This document shows, one piece after another, positions 36,359 to 46,898 of a stretch of 64,000 bases of DNA. The position numbers were made by a program, and so were the translations under genes. The notes under the pieces are model-generated. The model saw only the letters and a program-made list of their open reading frames with translations, did no database searches and was not told where the DNA came from. Position 1 is the first letter of the stretch. The number at the start of each line of letters is the position of its first letter. This DNA is from an uncultured Eubacteriales bacterium (GTDB lineage Bacteria > Bacillota > Clostridia > Lachnospirales > JAISER01), in assembly GCA_964545475.1 (NCBI GenBank), contig CAZJGG010000003.1, positions 757-64,756 on the forward strand, read 5' to 3'.

Positions 36359-37021
36359 TTATATATTTATTGCGCAAACATCAATAATTTCATTAATTGC
36401 GCTTATTTCTGAAACTAACGAATCTTCAAGCTTACTGTCCGTCTCAATAACGCAAAAGGCAGTTCCGCCCTTTTCCTGCCGGCTTACTTTCATTGTGCCA
36501 ATATTTATGTTGTATTTGGCAAGTGCATGGCTAACTTTGCTGATAACACCGGGTTTGTCCTGTTGTTGAATAAGCAATGCCGAGGATTGAGCTGTAAATT
36601 CCACTTTAAAATCGTTGATTTTACTAATTAAAATTTGACCGCCTCCAATGGAAGAGCCAATAATAACGCCATATTTTTCAGTGTTATTAAAAAATGTCAT
36701 TTTTACCGTGTTTTCATGTACACCCTCTAAAACTGTTTCAGAAAATTTATAAGTAATGTTTTTATCTTTTGCTATAGAAAAAGATGAAGAAATTATTTCG
36801 TCATCTTCCATTATATCTAAAATTCCGGCAACAAGGGCAAGATTTGTACCGTGTCCAACATAAGTTTTGGCAAATGAACCATGAAGCTCAAACAAAACAT
36901 GGGTAAACGGCTTGGATATAATTTTTCTTGCAATTCTTGCAAGCCTTACAGCTCCGGCGGTATGAGAGCTAGACGGCCCAATCATAACAGGCCCAACAAC
37001 TTCAAAGATGCTTATACTCAA
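36359..37021 (-). CDS. sdaAB: L-serine dehydratase, iron-sulfur type, beta subunit (with ACT domain)
   Basis: 220 aa with a TTG start. N-terminus is IFEVVGPVMIGPSSSHTAG. It lies directly upstream of sdaAA. Confidence 0.9.
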   Translation of the reverse strand: MSISIFEVVGPVMIGPSSSHTAGAVRLARIARKIISKPFTHVLFELHGSFAKTYVGHGTNLALVAGILDIMEDDEIISSSFSIAKDKNITYKFSETVLEGVHENTVKMTFFNNTEKYGVIIGSSIGGGQILISKINDFKVEFTAQSSALLIQQQDKPGVISKVSHALAKYNINIGTMKVSRQEKGGTAFCVIETDSKLEDSLVSEISAINEIIDVCAINI

Positions 37022-37045
37022 ATTTTCTCCTCCTATAATAAAAGC

Positions 37046-37073
37046 CCTCCTAAATGATAATACATTTAGGAGG
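37046..37073 (-). terminator. Internal terminator/attenuator between kbl and sdaAB
   Basis: The minus strand reads CCTCCTAAATG-TATTAT-CATTTAGGAGG, followed by GCTTTTATTAT. Confidence 0.6.
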
Positions 37074-37084
37074 TGGTTTTTAAA

Positions 37085-38281
37085 TTACTTATTACATTCC
37101 ACGCACTCTTTTATAATGTTAATTGCGTGGTCAATGTCGGCGTAAGTAAGGGCATCGGATATTTGAAGCCTTATTCTTGCTTCACCCTCTTTCACAACAG
37201 GGAAACCGAAGCCGATTGCATAAATTCCTTTTTTAAGCATACTTTCTGATATTTTTATAGCTTTTGCTGTGTCGTGCACAATTATTGGAATAATTGCACT
37301 GTCACCCTCAAGAGGGTTAAGCCCAGCTTTTTTAATATTTTCTCTTGCATATTTAGTTTTTTCTTTTAATGATTCTACTATTTGCGGATTTTTCTCTAAA
37401 TATTCAATAGAAGCCATAGCTATTGCGCATAAAACCGGAGGTAAAGCGTTTGAAAATAAGTGAGGCCTTGATTTTTGCACAAGCATTTCACAAACGGATT
37501 TTTTAGCTGCAATAAAACCGCCGCCTGCGCCGCCTAAGGCTTTACCGAAAGTACCGGAAATAATGTCTACACCTTCTGTAACTCCGTGGTATTCCATTGT
37601 TCCTCTGCCGGTTTTGCCGATAACACCTGTAGCGTGGGATTCGTCAACCATTAATATTGCATTATACTTTTTACATAATTCAATAATTTGGGGAAGGGGT
37701 GCTATGTCTCCTTCCATAGAGAAAACCCCGTCTGTTACAACAAGAACAGTTCCCATATCCTTAGTTTGCTGAAGCTTTTCTTCTAAAGAAGCCATATCAG
37801 CATGTTTGTAAACAAGCTTTTCAACGCCTTTTAAAACCATTCTGCACCCATCAATAATGCTTGCATGATTTAATTCGTCGGAAATAACAGCATCTCCGCT
37901 GGAAAGAAGAGCTCCAATGCTGCCTGTGTTTGCGGCAAAGCAAGAAGAGTAGGTCAAAGAAGCTTCCATGCCTAAAAACTGGGCAACTTTATTTTCAAGC
38001 TGGCGGTGAATATCAAATGTGCCGCAAATAAACCGTACGCTTGAAGCTCCAGAGCCATATTTCTGCAAAGCGCTAATTCCGGCTTCAATTATTTCCTTTT
38101 TATCCGCAAGCCCAATGTAATTATTAGAGCACATTATAATTTCTTCGCCAAAACCTTCAACATTTGCGCTTCTGGACATAGCTCCCGTAACATGTTTCAA
38201 GGTTTTGTATGTTTTCAGCTCTTTTAAATTATCAATATCTTTTTGAAGCTGCTCATAAAAATTTTTTCTCATAAAACTCAA
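37085..38281 (-). CDS. kbl: Glycine C-acetyltransferase (2-amino-3-ketobutyrate CoA ligase)
   Basis: 398-aa alpha-oxoamine synthase (DESHATG, SGTFGKALGG) paired with tdh. Confidence 0.88.
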   Translation of the reverse strand: MSFMRKNFYEQLQKDIDNLKELKTYKTLKHVTGAMSRSANVEGFGEEIIMCSNNYIGLADKKEIIEAGISALQKYGSGASSVRFICGTFDIHRQLENKVAQFLGMEASLTYSSCFAANTGSIGALLSSGDAVISDELNHASIIDGCRMVLKGVEKLVYKHADMASLEEKLQQTKDMGTVLVVTDGVFSMEGDIAPLPQIIELCKKYNAILMVDESHATGVIGKTGRGTMEYHGVTEGVDIISGTFGKALGGAGGGFIAAKKSVCEMLVQKSRPHLFSNALPPVLCAIAMASIEYLEKNPQIVESLKEKTKYARENIKKAGLNPLEGDSAIIPIIVHDTAKAIKISESMLKKGIYAIGFGFPVVKEGEARIRLQISDALTYADIDHAINIIKECVECNK

Positions 38282-38287
38282 TCCTTT

Positions 38288-39322
38288 TTACCAGTTTAAT
38301 ATAACTTTGCCAGAATTTCCGCTTGCCATAATTTCAAATGCTTCTTCATAATCATCAACGCTGTATTCATGGGTTATTATTGGCGTAATGTCAAGACCGG
38401 ACTGCAGCATAGTTGTCATTTTATACCATGTTTCATACATTTCACGTCCGTAAATGCCTTTAATTGTTAAGCAGTTAAATACAATTTTGTTCCAGTCTAC
38501 AACGGTTTCCGGTGCTTGTATTCCTAAAACGGCAATTTTACCGCCGTGGCACATGTTGTCTATCATGTCGTTAAAGGCGTATTTGTTGCCGGACATTTCA
38601 AGACCAACATCAAAACCCTCTTTCATGTTAAGCTGTTTCCGAATTTCAGAAAGAGATGTTTCTTTTGTGTTTACTACGTGTTTTATGCCCATTTTCTTTG
38701 CAAGTTCCAGCCTGTAAGGGTTAATATCTGTAATAACCACATGTCTTGCGCCGGCGTGTTTAACAACCGCTCCAGCCATAATACCAATTGGACCTGCACC
38801 TGTAATTAAAACATCTTCGCCAAGAACGTCAAAAGAAAGAGCAGTGTGTACTGCATTACCAAACGGGTCAAATAAACTGAAAAGTCTGTCATCCAAAGTT
38901 TCATCGCAAAGCCAAACGTTTGAAATATTTATTGCTAAATATTCAGCAAAGGCCCCGTTGCGGTTAACCCCAACGCCGCTTGTGTTAGGGCAAAGATGGC
39001 GTCTCCCGGCAAGGCAGTTGCGGCAAGTTCCGCAAACCAAATGCCCTTCGCCGGATACTAAATCACCTTTTTTAACGCTGTGAACATTACTTCCAACTTC
39101 ATAAACTTCACCAACAAATTCGTGACCAATAGTCATAGGAACAGGAATTGTTTTTTGTGCCCAATCATTCCATTCATAAATATGAACATCAGTTCCGCAT
39201 ATTGAGGTTCTTTTAATTTTAATAAGAACTTCATTTATTCCGATAGTAGGTATTTCAGTTTCGTCCATCCAAATACCTTTTTTGGGATATTTTTTAATTA
39301 AAGCTTTCATTTTTCCATTCAT
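38288..39322 (-). CDS. tdh: L-threonine 3-dehydrogenase
   Basis: 344-aa Zn-dependent MDR dehydrogenase (GHEFVGEV, the CGTCRNC structural-Zn loop, GAGPIG). Lies upstream of kbl. Confidence 0.9.
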   Translation of the reverse strand: MNGKMKALIKKYPKKGIWMDETEIPTIGINEVLIKIKRTSICGTDVHIYEWNDWAQKTIPVPMTIGHEFVGEVYEVGSNVHSVKKGDLVSGEGHLVCGTCRNCLAGRRHLCPNTSGVGVNRNGAFAEYLAINISNVWLCDETLDDRLFSLFDPFGNAVHTALSFDVLGEDVLITGAGPIGIMAGAVVKHAGARHVVITDINPYRLELAKKMGIKHVVNTKETSLSEIRKQLNMKEGFDVGLEMSGNKYAFNDMIDNMCHGGKIAVLGIQAPETVVDWNKIVFNCLTIKGIYGREMYETWYKMTTMLQSGLDITPIITHEYSVDDYEEAFEIMASGNSGKVILNW

Positions 39323-39331
39323 TTTATCACC

Positions 39332-40561
39332 TTAGAAATTAATATTTATTTGTTTACCTTCTTTTCTGTATGAAGCATATTCAGAAATTGCAGTAAACAA
39401 TACGTCTGTTGAGGAATTAAGCGCTGTTTCGCAAGAGTCTTGAACAACACCAATAATAAAGCCTACACCTACAACCTGCATTGCAATGTCATTGGAGATA
39501 CCGAATAAGCTGCAAGCTAAAGGTATTAAAAGAAGAGAGCCGCCGGCAACCCCGGAAGCACCGCAAGCGCTTACTGCGGATAAAACGCTCAATATAATAG
39601 CAGTTGGAATATCCACTGAAATGCCTAGAGTGTTTACAGCTGCAAGAGTAAGTACTGAAATTGTAACAGCAGCGCCTGTCATGTTAACAGTTGCGCCTAA
39701 AGGTATAGAAACTGAATAAGTGTCTTTGTTAAGCCCTAAATTTGCGCATAAGCTCATGTTTACAGGAATGTTAGCAGCGGAGCTTCTTGTGAAAAATGCT
39801 GTTATGCCACTTTCTTTTAAACATTTAAAAACAAGGGGATATGGGTTTTTTCTTATGTATATGAAAGTAATTAAAGGATTTACAATAAAAGCAACAAAAA
39901 GCATTGTTCCAACTAAAAGCCCGAGAAGTTTTCCATATCCAAGCAAAGCTTCTATTCCGCTTGTTGCGATAGATTCATATACAAGACCCATTATGCCCAA
40001 AGGAGCAAAGCTTATTACTAAACGTACAGTTTGAGACAAAGCTTCTGAAAAATTTTGTATTACAAGTTTAGTAGAGTCTGATGCTTTTCTTAAAGCCATG
40101 CCAAAAAGCACTGCCCAAGAAAGTACGCCTATGTAATTGGCATTATACAAAGCTTTAACAGGGTTGTCTACTATGTTCATTAAAAGTTTTTGTAAAACTT
40201 CGGTAACATTGCCTGGAGGTGTCATATCTGTAACCCCAGCCGCAAGAGTTAAAGAAACAGGGAACATAAAGCTTGCAACAACAGCTATAAAGCCAGCAAT
40301 AAAAGTTCCGAGTAAATAAAGGATTACAATGGATTTCATATTTGTTTGTTTACCGCTAACATGCTGTGAAATCGCAGACATTACAAGGAAAAAAACAAGC
40401 AGTGGAGCAATTGCCTTTAATGCGCCTACAAAAAGTGCCCCGAATATAGTTAAAAAAGAAGCCCCTGGTAAAACCAAAGCCAACACAATACCTACAATTA
40501 GCCCGACGATAATTCGCTTAACGAGACTAATGTTATTCCATGCAGTAAATAAATTGTTCAT
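39332..40561 (-). CDS. sstT: Serine/threonine:sodium symporter SstT
   Basis: 409 aa. Long collinear identity blocks to E. coli SstT as I remember it ([55 protein letters not shown]). Confidence 0.92.
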   Translation of the reverse strand: MNNLFTAWNNISLVKRIIVGLIVGIVLALVLPGASFLTIFGALFVGALKAIAPLLVFFLVMSAISQHVSGKQTNMKSIVILYLLGTFIAGFIAVVASFMFPVSLTLAAGVTDMTPPGNVTEVLQKLLMNIVDNPVKALYNANYIGVLSWAVLFGMALRKASDSTKLVIQNFSEALSQTVRLVISFAPLGIMGLVYESIATSGIEALLGYGKLLGLLVGTMLFVAFIVNPLITFIYIRKNPYPLVFKCLKESGITAFFTRSSAANIPVNMSLCANLGLNKDTYSVSIPLGATVNMTGAAVTISVLTLAAVNTLGISVDIPTAIILSVLSAVSACGASGVAGGSLLLIPLACSLFGISNDIAMQVVGVGFIIGVVQDSCETALNSSTDVLFTAISEYASYRKEGKQININF

Positions 40562-40601
40562 AAATCATACCCTCTCTCTTTTATGTATTATAGTACAATT
40601 T

Positions 40602-40642
40602 CAATTATATATTGACATTGTATGACTGTCAATATATAATTG
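40602..40642. promoter_or_regulatory. Perfect 16-bp inverted repeat, candidate MocR operator
   Basis: CAATTATATATTGACA (40602-40617), 9 nt, TGTCAATATATAATTG (40627-40642), in the divergent sstT/mocR intergenic region. It includes TTGACA and TATAAT-like hexamers. Confidence 0.55.
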
Positions 40643-40677
40643 TATGCAATACAATTTAAATATTTAGGTGATTTTTT

Positions 40678-42069
40678 GTGTGGAATGTTAAAACAATTAA
40701 TACAGATATGCCCCTTTATTTGGCAATAACTGATGCAATTGAAAGAGATATTAGAACAGGTGTTTTAAAACCAGGGGAAAAAATGCCAACTCATAGGGAA
40801 TTGGGCAAAATAATAGGAGTAAATGTGTCCACAATTACAAAGGCTTACAAGCAAGCCGAAAAAATAGGGCTGATTACATCTACAGTTGGAAGCGGCACAT
40901 TTGTTTCATCGGATTTAGGTTTAAATTCGTCTTTGCTTAATACTGAAAAAGCAAATGGGGAACTTATAGAAATGGGGCTGACATTGCCGCTTTACTGCGC
41001 CGAACCGGACTTAAAGGATATAATCTTAAAGGTTGTAAACCAGTCCAATGTAAATATGTTTATGCGGTATATTTCCCCCAACGGTTTGCAGCAGCACAGG
41101 GAAATTGGTGCGGAGTGGGTGAGGCAATACGGTATTACTGCAGGAGCTGAAAATATTATTATAACAGCAGGGGCGCAACATGCAATTTTGTGCATATTGT
41201 CTTCTCTTTTTAATCAAGGAGATAAAATAGCAGTAGACTGCTTAACATACCCGGGGGTTAAAACTGCTGCAAAAAGGCTCGGCTTAAGGCTGGCTGGCAT
41301 AGCTATCGACGATGAAGGGATGATTCCACAAAGCCTTGAATCCGCTTGCAAAAACAATGAAATAAAAGGGATTTATACAGTTTCTGATATGCAGAACCCT
41401 ACAAACGCTAAAATGTCTGAAAGCAGGTTAAGGGAAATTGCTGAAATTATTGAAAGATATGATTTAATTTTGATTGAGGATGACTTATATCGTTTTCTTT
41501 CAGACAATCCGGCTAACACATTGACTTCCCTTATTCCAGATAGAAGCATATATATTGGGGGATTGTCAAAAGCATTTTATACTGGGCTTAGAATTTCTTT
41601 TGTGGTTTCTCCTAAGCAATACTACAGCAGAATTTCTCAAGCGGTTGTAGACACAATATGGATGGCATCACAGCTTAATGCGGAAATAGTTTGTAAATGT
41701 ATTGAAACAGGTATCGCCAACAAAATTATAAGATTAAAAAGGCAAGAACTAAAAAAAAGGGCGGAGTTGTTTTGTGAAAAAATGGTTGACTTCACATATT
41801 CATATAGCCCTTACAGCATGTTTGTATGGCTAACGCTTCCTAAGGACTGGAGTAGTTACGAATTTGAGAAAACTGCAAATTCTAACGGTATTAACATAGT
41901 TACAGCTAATAAATTTGTTGTAGGAAATATTATGCCGCCAAACTGCATTCGTGTTTCGCTTTCAGGAACGGAGAGTTTAGCAGAATTTGAAAAAGGTCTT
42001 AATATTTTAAAAAATGTTTTAAACCGTGAATTTAGAGATATTGAAAATATTACTAATTATGTTTTATAA
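40678..42069 (+). CDS. MocR-type GntR-family regulator (wHTH domain plus aminotransferase-like PLP domain)
   Basis: 463 aa with a GTG start. The N-terminal GntR helix-turn-helix is GEKMPTHRELGKIIGVNVSTITKAYKQAE. The remainder is a fold-type I aminotransferase domain containing SKAF lysine. Confidence 0.85.
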   Translation: MWNVKTINTDMPLYLAITDAIERDIRTGVLKPGEKMPTHRELGKIIGVNVSTITKAYKQAEKIGLITSTVGSGTFVSSDLGLNSSLLNTEKANGELIEMGLTLPLYCAEPDLKDIILKVVNQSNVNMFMRYISPNGLQQHREIGAEWVRQYGITAGAENIIITAGAQHAILCILSSLFNQGDKIAVDCLTYPGVKTAAKRLGLRLAGIAIDDEGMIPQSLESACKNNEIKGIYTVSDMQNPTNAKMSESRLREIAEIIERYDLILIEDDLYRFLSDNPANTLTSLIPDRSIYIGGLSKAFYTGLRISFVVSPKQYYSRISQAVVDTIWMASQLNAEIVCKCIETGIANKIIRLKRQELKKRAELFCEKMVDFTYSYSPYSMFVWLTLPKDWSSYEFEKTANSNGINIVTANKFVVGNIMPPNCIRVSLSGTESLAEFEKGLNILKNVLNREFRDIENITNYVL

Positions 42070-42106
42070 AAAAACTCATCCCCCAATAAGAGGGATGAGT
42101 TTTTTA
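42068..42106. terminator. Bidirectional terminator between convergent genes
   Basis: AAAAAACTCATCCC, loop, GGGATGAGTTTTTT. Confidence 0.8.
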
Positions 42107-44632
42107 TTAGTTTGTTACATTAATTGTTACGCTAATAGTACCTTTATTGTAATTGGAATCAGTACCTCTGTAAGTTGAAGTATAAGCGCCAGTTGTAGTA
42201 GTTGAAGATACTGAACCGTAGATTCTACCGTTAATATAGTCAAAAGCTACATTTGAAGGAAGTTCGCCGCCAATTTTTTCCCAATAAACTTTAGAGCTTG
42301 TGTTAGCTGATAAGTTAATTGTAGAAATTGTACTTCCGCTTCTTACAGTTTGAGGGTTATTGGAAGCGTAAACTGATAAGCTTCCGGAACTATCATTTGA
42401 ATAACCACTCCAGCTGAAAGATTTTCCAGCAGCAACATATCCGTCATTGTTTACATAAAGATTATAGCTTTTATTGCTTGTTAAATCAAAGTTTAACGTT
42501 AATTCATAACAACCTTTTGAGCTGTTGTAATAAGTGCTTGAAACGGTGTTGTTATTATAATTTTTATAGTAAGAAGAACCGTAATAACCGTTATTATAAT
42601 AACCATTATTATAATAATATCTGCCGTAGTTGTCATAATAAGCATACTGTATTAAAGTACCGTCAAGCTCGTTATACTTTATGCCATCATAATAACCGTA
42701 TCTGCCGTAAATATAGTTGCCGTATCTATCGTAGATACCATCGTTGCAGTAACTAAATTTGTTATATCTGTCGTAATAACCGAAATAGCCGTCTCTGTAA
42801 GTTAAGAGGTTGCCATATTTGTCATAATAACCATCTTTAATTGTAACTATGCGACCATCTCTTGAATAGTAGCCGTCTCTGTAGAAGTATACGTAATTAC
42901 CGTATTCGTCAAGGTAATTGTATTTTCCGCCATAATAACCGGGCGGGTAATAATTGTAATCATAATCGTAATAATTATAATAGTATCCGCTTGAAAGTGA
43001 AGTATCGGATACCCAGAATGACAAACCACTGTGATAAGGCATATAAACTTCAAGAGTACGAGAACCCGTTGTAGTTATGCTTGATACGCTTATTCCCCAT
43101 GGGTTGTAGTAGGTGATGCCGCCGTAGTAGCCGCCATAATACCCACCGTTATAATAAGGATCATAATATGGGTCATAATCAAGGTATCTTCCGTATACTT
43201 TTCGACCATAAGAGTCATAATAATATACACCGTTACTATCTTGGTAATATGAAATTCTTGAATTAGAACCTGCACCTAAAACGTAAGGACCAACAGATGT
43301 TGATTGACCAACGCTGAAGTTACCAAGACCGTTGCCGGAAGTATAACCGTCTCTGCCGCCGGAAACTGATGCGGAGAAAATAGTAGTACCGGTAACGTTG
43401 CTGTCAATTGAAAGCTTTGCATCTTTAACATTAAACGCAACGCTGTTTGCGCTTATTTTAGAGGAAGAAATAGCTCCTGTACCGGAAATAACAGAATTCT
43501 GACCTCTAACGTTAAGAGTATTAATTGAGCCATAAACGTTAACTGTCGTGTTTGGTGCTGTGTTTAAAACGTTAAATTCTTGAACGTTTGAATTAGATTC
43601 AATAGTTACTTTTGAATTAGATTCAGAAACACTGATTCTGTTTGCTTTGCCGTTTTTAACAGCAACAGAAACATCAGATTTAACATCAATATTGCTGAAA
43701 TTGCCATCTAAAGTAACAAGCTTATTTCCGCTTTTAACAAGTGTATTGTTTACAACGGAATTAATGTCTGCACTTACTTTAACAGAATTTTCTTTGTTTT
43801 GTACAACTACAGAGTTAACCTGAGAAGAAACAAGGTTAACAGAATCCGGACCGCCGCCACGGATTACAAGTTTACCAGTAATTTTTACATTTTTAATTGT
43901 TACGCTTCCTTCAGCTACGCCTTCGGAAATAATAACGTCGCCGTTAACAGTCATGCCTGACAATGTTGAATAAGGAGAATTAACAATTACCGTACCTTTT
44001 ACATCTGTGTTAAGCGATTGTGTCTTTACGATTTCTTTAACAATAGTGTCAATAATTTTAATTGTTTCTGCTCGGGATATTGTTTCACGTGGCATAAAAG
44101 TTCCGTTAGGATAACCTTTTATGTATCCCTTGCTTTGGAATGTTGCAACAAAAGCTTTTGCATAGTTTGCAATTTCGTAATCGTCAGTAAAAGTTGAATT
44201 ATTTACAGACTGTTCAACATCAAACGCTTTGCCTAAAAGAGTAATCATATCTTGACGATTAATATATTCATTTGGTAACATGTTGTTGCCGCTGTCCGTC
44301 AAAACATCTGCTTGATAAACTCTTAAAAGTGAATCTTTGTAAGGACTGTATTCCAAATCGTTAAAAGATTTGGTGGCTTTAACTTTATAATTCATAATTT
44401 TGTCAAGCCAGAAAGCAATTTCCCCACGGGTAATAGCATCATCCGGTCTAAAATTAGAACCCGATTCAGAAATTACGCCATAATCAGTCCACTTTTGTAT
44501 CTCGATACTTGCCCAGTTGTTATCCGTGTCGGAATAAACAGATGCATTTGCCGGCACAAACCTATTGCCATAAGGCACAAATGTAATTGAAAGGACAAAT
44601 ACAAGTACAAATGCTACAAATTTCTTTTGCAT
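42107..44632 (-). CDS. Secreted SLH-domain cell-surface protein with a beta-helix-like repeat region and an extreme Tyr-rich repeat region
   Basis: 841 aa. It has a signal peptide and three SLH-like modules (aa ~35-200, for example FRPDDAITRGEIAFWL and FMPRETISRAETIKII). These are followed by a V/N/S-rich repeat block, a Tyr/Gly/Asp/Asn repeat block (aa 461-705), and a C-terminal Ig-like tail. Confidence 0.8.
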   Translation of the reverse strand: MQKKFVAFVLVFVLSITFVPYGNRFVPANASVYSDTDNNWASIEIQKWTDYGVISESGSNFRPDDAITRGEIAFWLDKIMNYKVKATKSFNDLEYSPYKDSLLRVYQADVLTDSGNNMLPNEYINRQDMITLLGKAFDVEQSVNNSTFTDDYEIANYAKAFVATFQSKGYIKGYPNGTFMPRETISRAETIKIIDTIVKEIVKTQSLNTDVKGTVIVNSPYSTLSGMTVNGDVIISEGVAEGSVTIKNVKITGKLVIRGGGPDSVNLVSSQVNSVVVQNKENSVKVSADINSVVNNTLVKSGNKLVTLDGNFSNIDVKSDVSVAVKNGKANRISVSESNSKVTIESNSNVQEFNVLNTAPNTTVNVYGSINTLNVRGQNSVISGTGAISSSKISANSVAFNVKDAKLSIDSNVTGTTIFSASVSGGRDGYTSGNGLGNFSVGQSTSVGPYVLGAGSNSRISYYQDSNGVYYYDSYGRKVYGRYLDYDPYYDPYYNGGYYGGYYGGITYYNPWGISVSSITTTGSRTLEVYMPYHSGLSFWVSDTSLSSGYYYNYYDYDYNYYPPGYYGGKYNYLDEYGNYVYFYRDGYYSRDGRIVTIKDGYYDKYGNLLTYRDGYFGYYDRYNKFSYCNDGIYDRYGNYIYGRYGYYDGIKYNELDGTLIQYAYYDNYGRYYYNNGYYNNGYYGSSYYKNYNNNTVSSTYYNSSKGCYELTLNFDLTSNKSYNLYVNNDGYVAAGKSFSWSGYSNDSSGSLSVYASNNPQTVRSGSTISTINLSANTSSKVYWEKIGGELPSNVAFDYINGRIYGSVSSTTTTGAYTSTYRGTDSNYNKGTISVTINVTN

Positions 44633-44732
44633 TATAAACTACCTCCCTTAATGAACATTAAATATTAAATAAAGTTCGTTCATTGATAACATTATACAAC
44701 AATATACGAAAAAAATAAAGAGTAAGTTTTTA

Positions 44733-45596
44733 CTATTTGTTTAAATTTTTGTTTTTTCTTCGTAAAAATAACAAAATACCAAAAATTACCAGTATAAAAG
44801 ATAAAATTTGAGATATAGCTATGTTTGTACCCCAAAGATAAAGCTGGTCGGTTCTAAGCCCTTCAATAAAAAACCTGCCAAGCCCGTATCCTGCTAAATA
44901 AAGGCAGAAAATTGAGCCGTCTGTTTTTTTGCGTATTTTATATATATTCATTAAAGCAAACACAAATGCGCACCATAGAGATTCATACAAAAATGTTGGA
45001 TGAACCTGAATATACGGCGATTCGTTTACATATATAATATGCTCCTTAAGTATGTTAGGTACATATAAAAATGGGTCTATTTTAAGCTGCATCGCAAAAA
45101 GGCTATCTGTAAAACCACCGAAAGCTTCCCTATTAAAAAAATTACCCCACCTCCCAATGGCTTGACCTAAAATTAGACCAGGGGCTGTCGTGTCCGCAAA
45201 AAGCCAGAAGTTTAGTTTGTGTTTTTTGGTATACCAAATTGCCGTTAAAACAGCGAATATTACGCCGCCGTAAATTGCAAGCCCACCCTCTCTTGTAGCG
45301 AAAATTTTAATCAAATTGTCTTTATATTCGTCCCAGGTAAAAATAACATAATATAGCCTAGCCCCTATGACGCTTGTAATAATTACATAATATAAAAAGT
45401 TTGTGTAAATATCCGGGTCTTGCCCGGTTCTTTTCGCTTCGTGTATGGCGTAATATGTACCGGCTAATATGCCTGAACATATTATTAGCCCGTAAAAATA
45501 AATATCCAGCCCAAAAACTGAAAATGCTACTCTTGATAAATTATTAATTTCAATACCCATATTTGGAAAAATTACGTCAGGCATATTTTCCTCCAA
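44733..45596 (-). CDS. lgt: Prolipoprotein diacylglyceryl transferase
   Basis: 287 aa. Contains GGLAIYGG and GRWGNFFNREAFG motifs. Confidence 0.92.
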   Translation of the reverse strand: MEENMPDVIFPNMGIEINNLSRVAFSVFGLDIYFYGLIICSGILAGTYYAIHEAKRTGQDPDIYTNFLYYVIITSVIGARLYYVIFTWDEYKDNLIKIFATREGGLAIYGGVIFAVLTAIWYTKKHKLNFWLFADTTAPGLILGQAIGRWGNFFNREAFGGFTDSLFAMQLKIDPFLYVPNILKEHIIYVNESPYIQVHPTFLYESLWCAFVFALMNIYKIRKKTDGSIFCLYLAGYGLGRFFIEGLRTDQLYLWGTNIAISQILSFILVIFGILLFLRRKNKNLNK

Positions 45597-45601
45597 GATT
45601 A

Positions 45602-46879
45602 TTATTGTTTTACTGTGCTTACAGGGCGCATGATTGACAAACTGTAATTATCGTCTTTAAAGAGCTTTTCAAGCTTTTTCTGCGTTTCTTCTAAGCTGCA
45701 TTTTTTCAAAGCCTCTAAAAAATCAAATAAATGCAAAGATTTATTGAAAAGGCTTGTCTGCCCCATAGCAATTGCGTCAATATCGTTAAAGCTTCTGTAA
45801 AAACGCCCTAAATGCTTGTTTTTAATTTGCTCGAAGCGTTCTTGGCATATTCCGTCTTTTTTAACCTTATTTATTTCTTCTATAATAAGCTCCGTTGTTT
45901 TTTCGGGGTTTTCGCATGTGCCGGAAAAAACTGCTGTTCCAAAAAAGCTTTCGGCGCTGTATTCAAGAGAAACAGGCCCGTCTATATGCCCTTTTTCATA
46001 AAGAGTGTTAAAAAAGTTAGAGCTTAGCCCTGCCAAAACGTCCATTAAAATCTTTGTGCCAACCATGCGGTTTTCAATGCTTTCACATAGGTTTGTCTCT
46101 TTAAACCCTAAAGAAAACATAGGGCGAGACAATTCCATCTCCGCTTCTGTTTTGCTTTTTAAAATTCCGTTAGGTTCTTCGCCGTAAAGACTTTTAATTT
46201 CTCGTTTTTCCAGTTTTTTAATTTTTTTCTCAGCCATTTCATAAATTTTGTTTTCATCAAAATCCCCAACACATATTAAAGCACTGTTTTCAGCATAATA
46301 AAATGTATTGAAGCAGTTTTCAAGCATATCTTTTGTAATAGAAGTTATACTTTCAACAGAGCCTGCAATATTATTTCTTACAGGGCAGTTTTTGTAAAGG
46401 GCTTGCATAAGATTAAGCCGCATTTGCCAAAAAGCGTTGTCGTCATACATTCTGATTTCCTGAGCAATTATGCCTTTTTCTTTTTCAACATTTTTTTCTG
46501 TTAGCTTAATTCTTTGGGTAAACTCAAGAAGCAAATCCAAGTTTTCATAAAAATTATCAATACCGCTGAAATAATAAGCGGTATTTAAAATGTTGGTAAA
46601 GGCATTAACATTTGCGCCGTTTTCGGTAAACTTGTTAAAAACGTTAATTTCTTCATCTTCAAAAAGCTTGTGCTCTAAAAAATGAGCTATGCCTTCCGGA
46701 GTTTTTACAGTTTTTCCGTTATACTCGAAAGCTGTGTCGCAAGAGCCATAATTAACGCAAAGAACGGCTTCTTTTTCAGCAAACCGCTCCTTTGGAATTA
46801 TATAACAGGTAAGCCCGTTTGACAACACATTTATTTTAATGGACATTCCAAGGGTTTCGTCATAGTAAGTCTTTTCCAT
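45602..46879 (-). CDS. M16-family zinc peptidase, catalytic subunit type (HxxEH present)
   Basis: 425 aa. GIAHFLEHKLFE contains the inverted zincin motif HFLEH. Confidence 0.8.
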   Translation of the reverse strand: MEKTYYDETLGMSIKINVLSNGLTCYIIPKERFAEKEAVLCVNYGSCDTAFEYNGKTVKTPEGIAHFLEHKLFEDEEINVFNKFTENGANVNAFTNILNTAYYFSGIDNFYENLDLLLEFTQRIKLTEKNVEKEKGIIAQEIRMYDDNAFWQMRLNLMQALYKNCPVRNNIAGSVESITSITKDMLENCFNTFYYAENSALICVGDFDENKIYEMAEKKIKKLEKREIKSLYGEEPNGILKSKTEAEMELSRPMFSLGFKETNLCESIENRMVGTKILMDVLAGLSSNFFNTLYEKGHIDGPVSLEYSAESFFGTAVFSGTCENPEKTTELIIEEINKVKKDGICQERFEQIKNKHLGRFYRSFNDIDAIAMGQTSLFNKSLHLFDFLEALKKCSLEETQKKLEKLFKDDNYSLSIMRPVSTVKQ

Positions 46880-46898
46880 AATTATTCACCTAATGCTA

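Noticed and set aside
42478-43275. Four 61-92 aa ORFs on both strands inside the SLH gene (Asn/Arg/Tyr/Ile-rich).
   Set aside because: These are alternate-frame and antisense readings of the TAT/TAC/GGT/AAT-rich repeat DNA that encodes the Tyr-rich segment.
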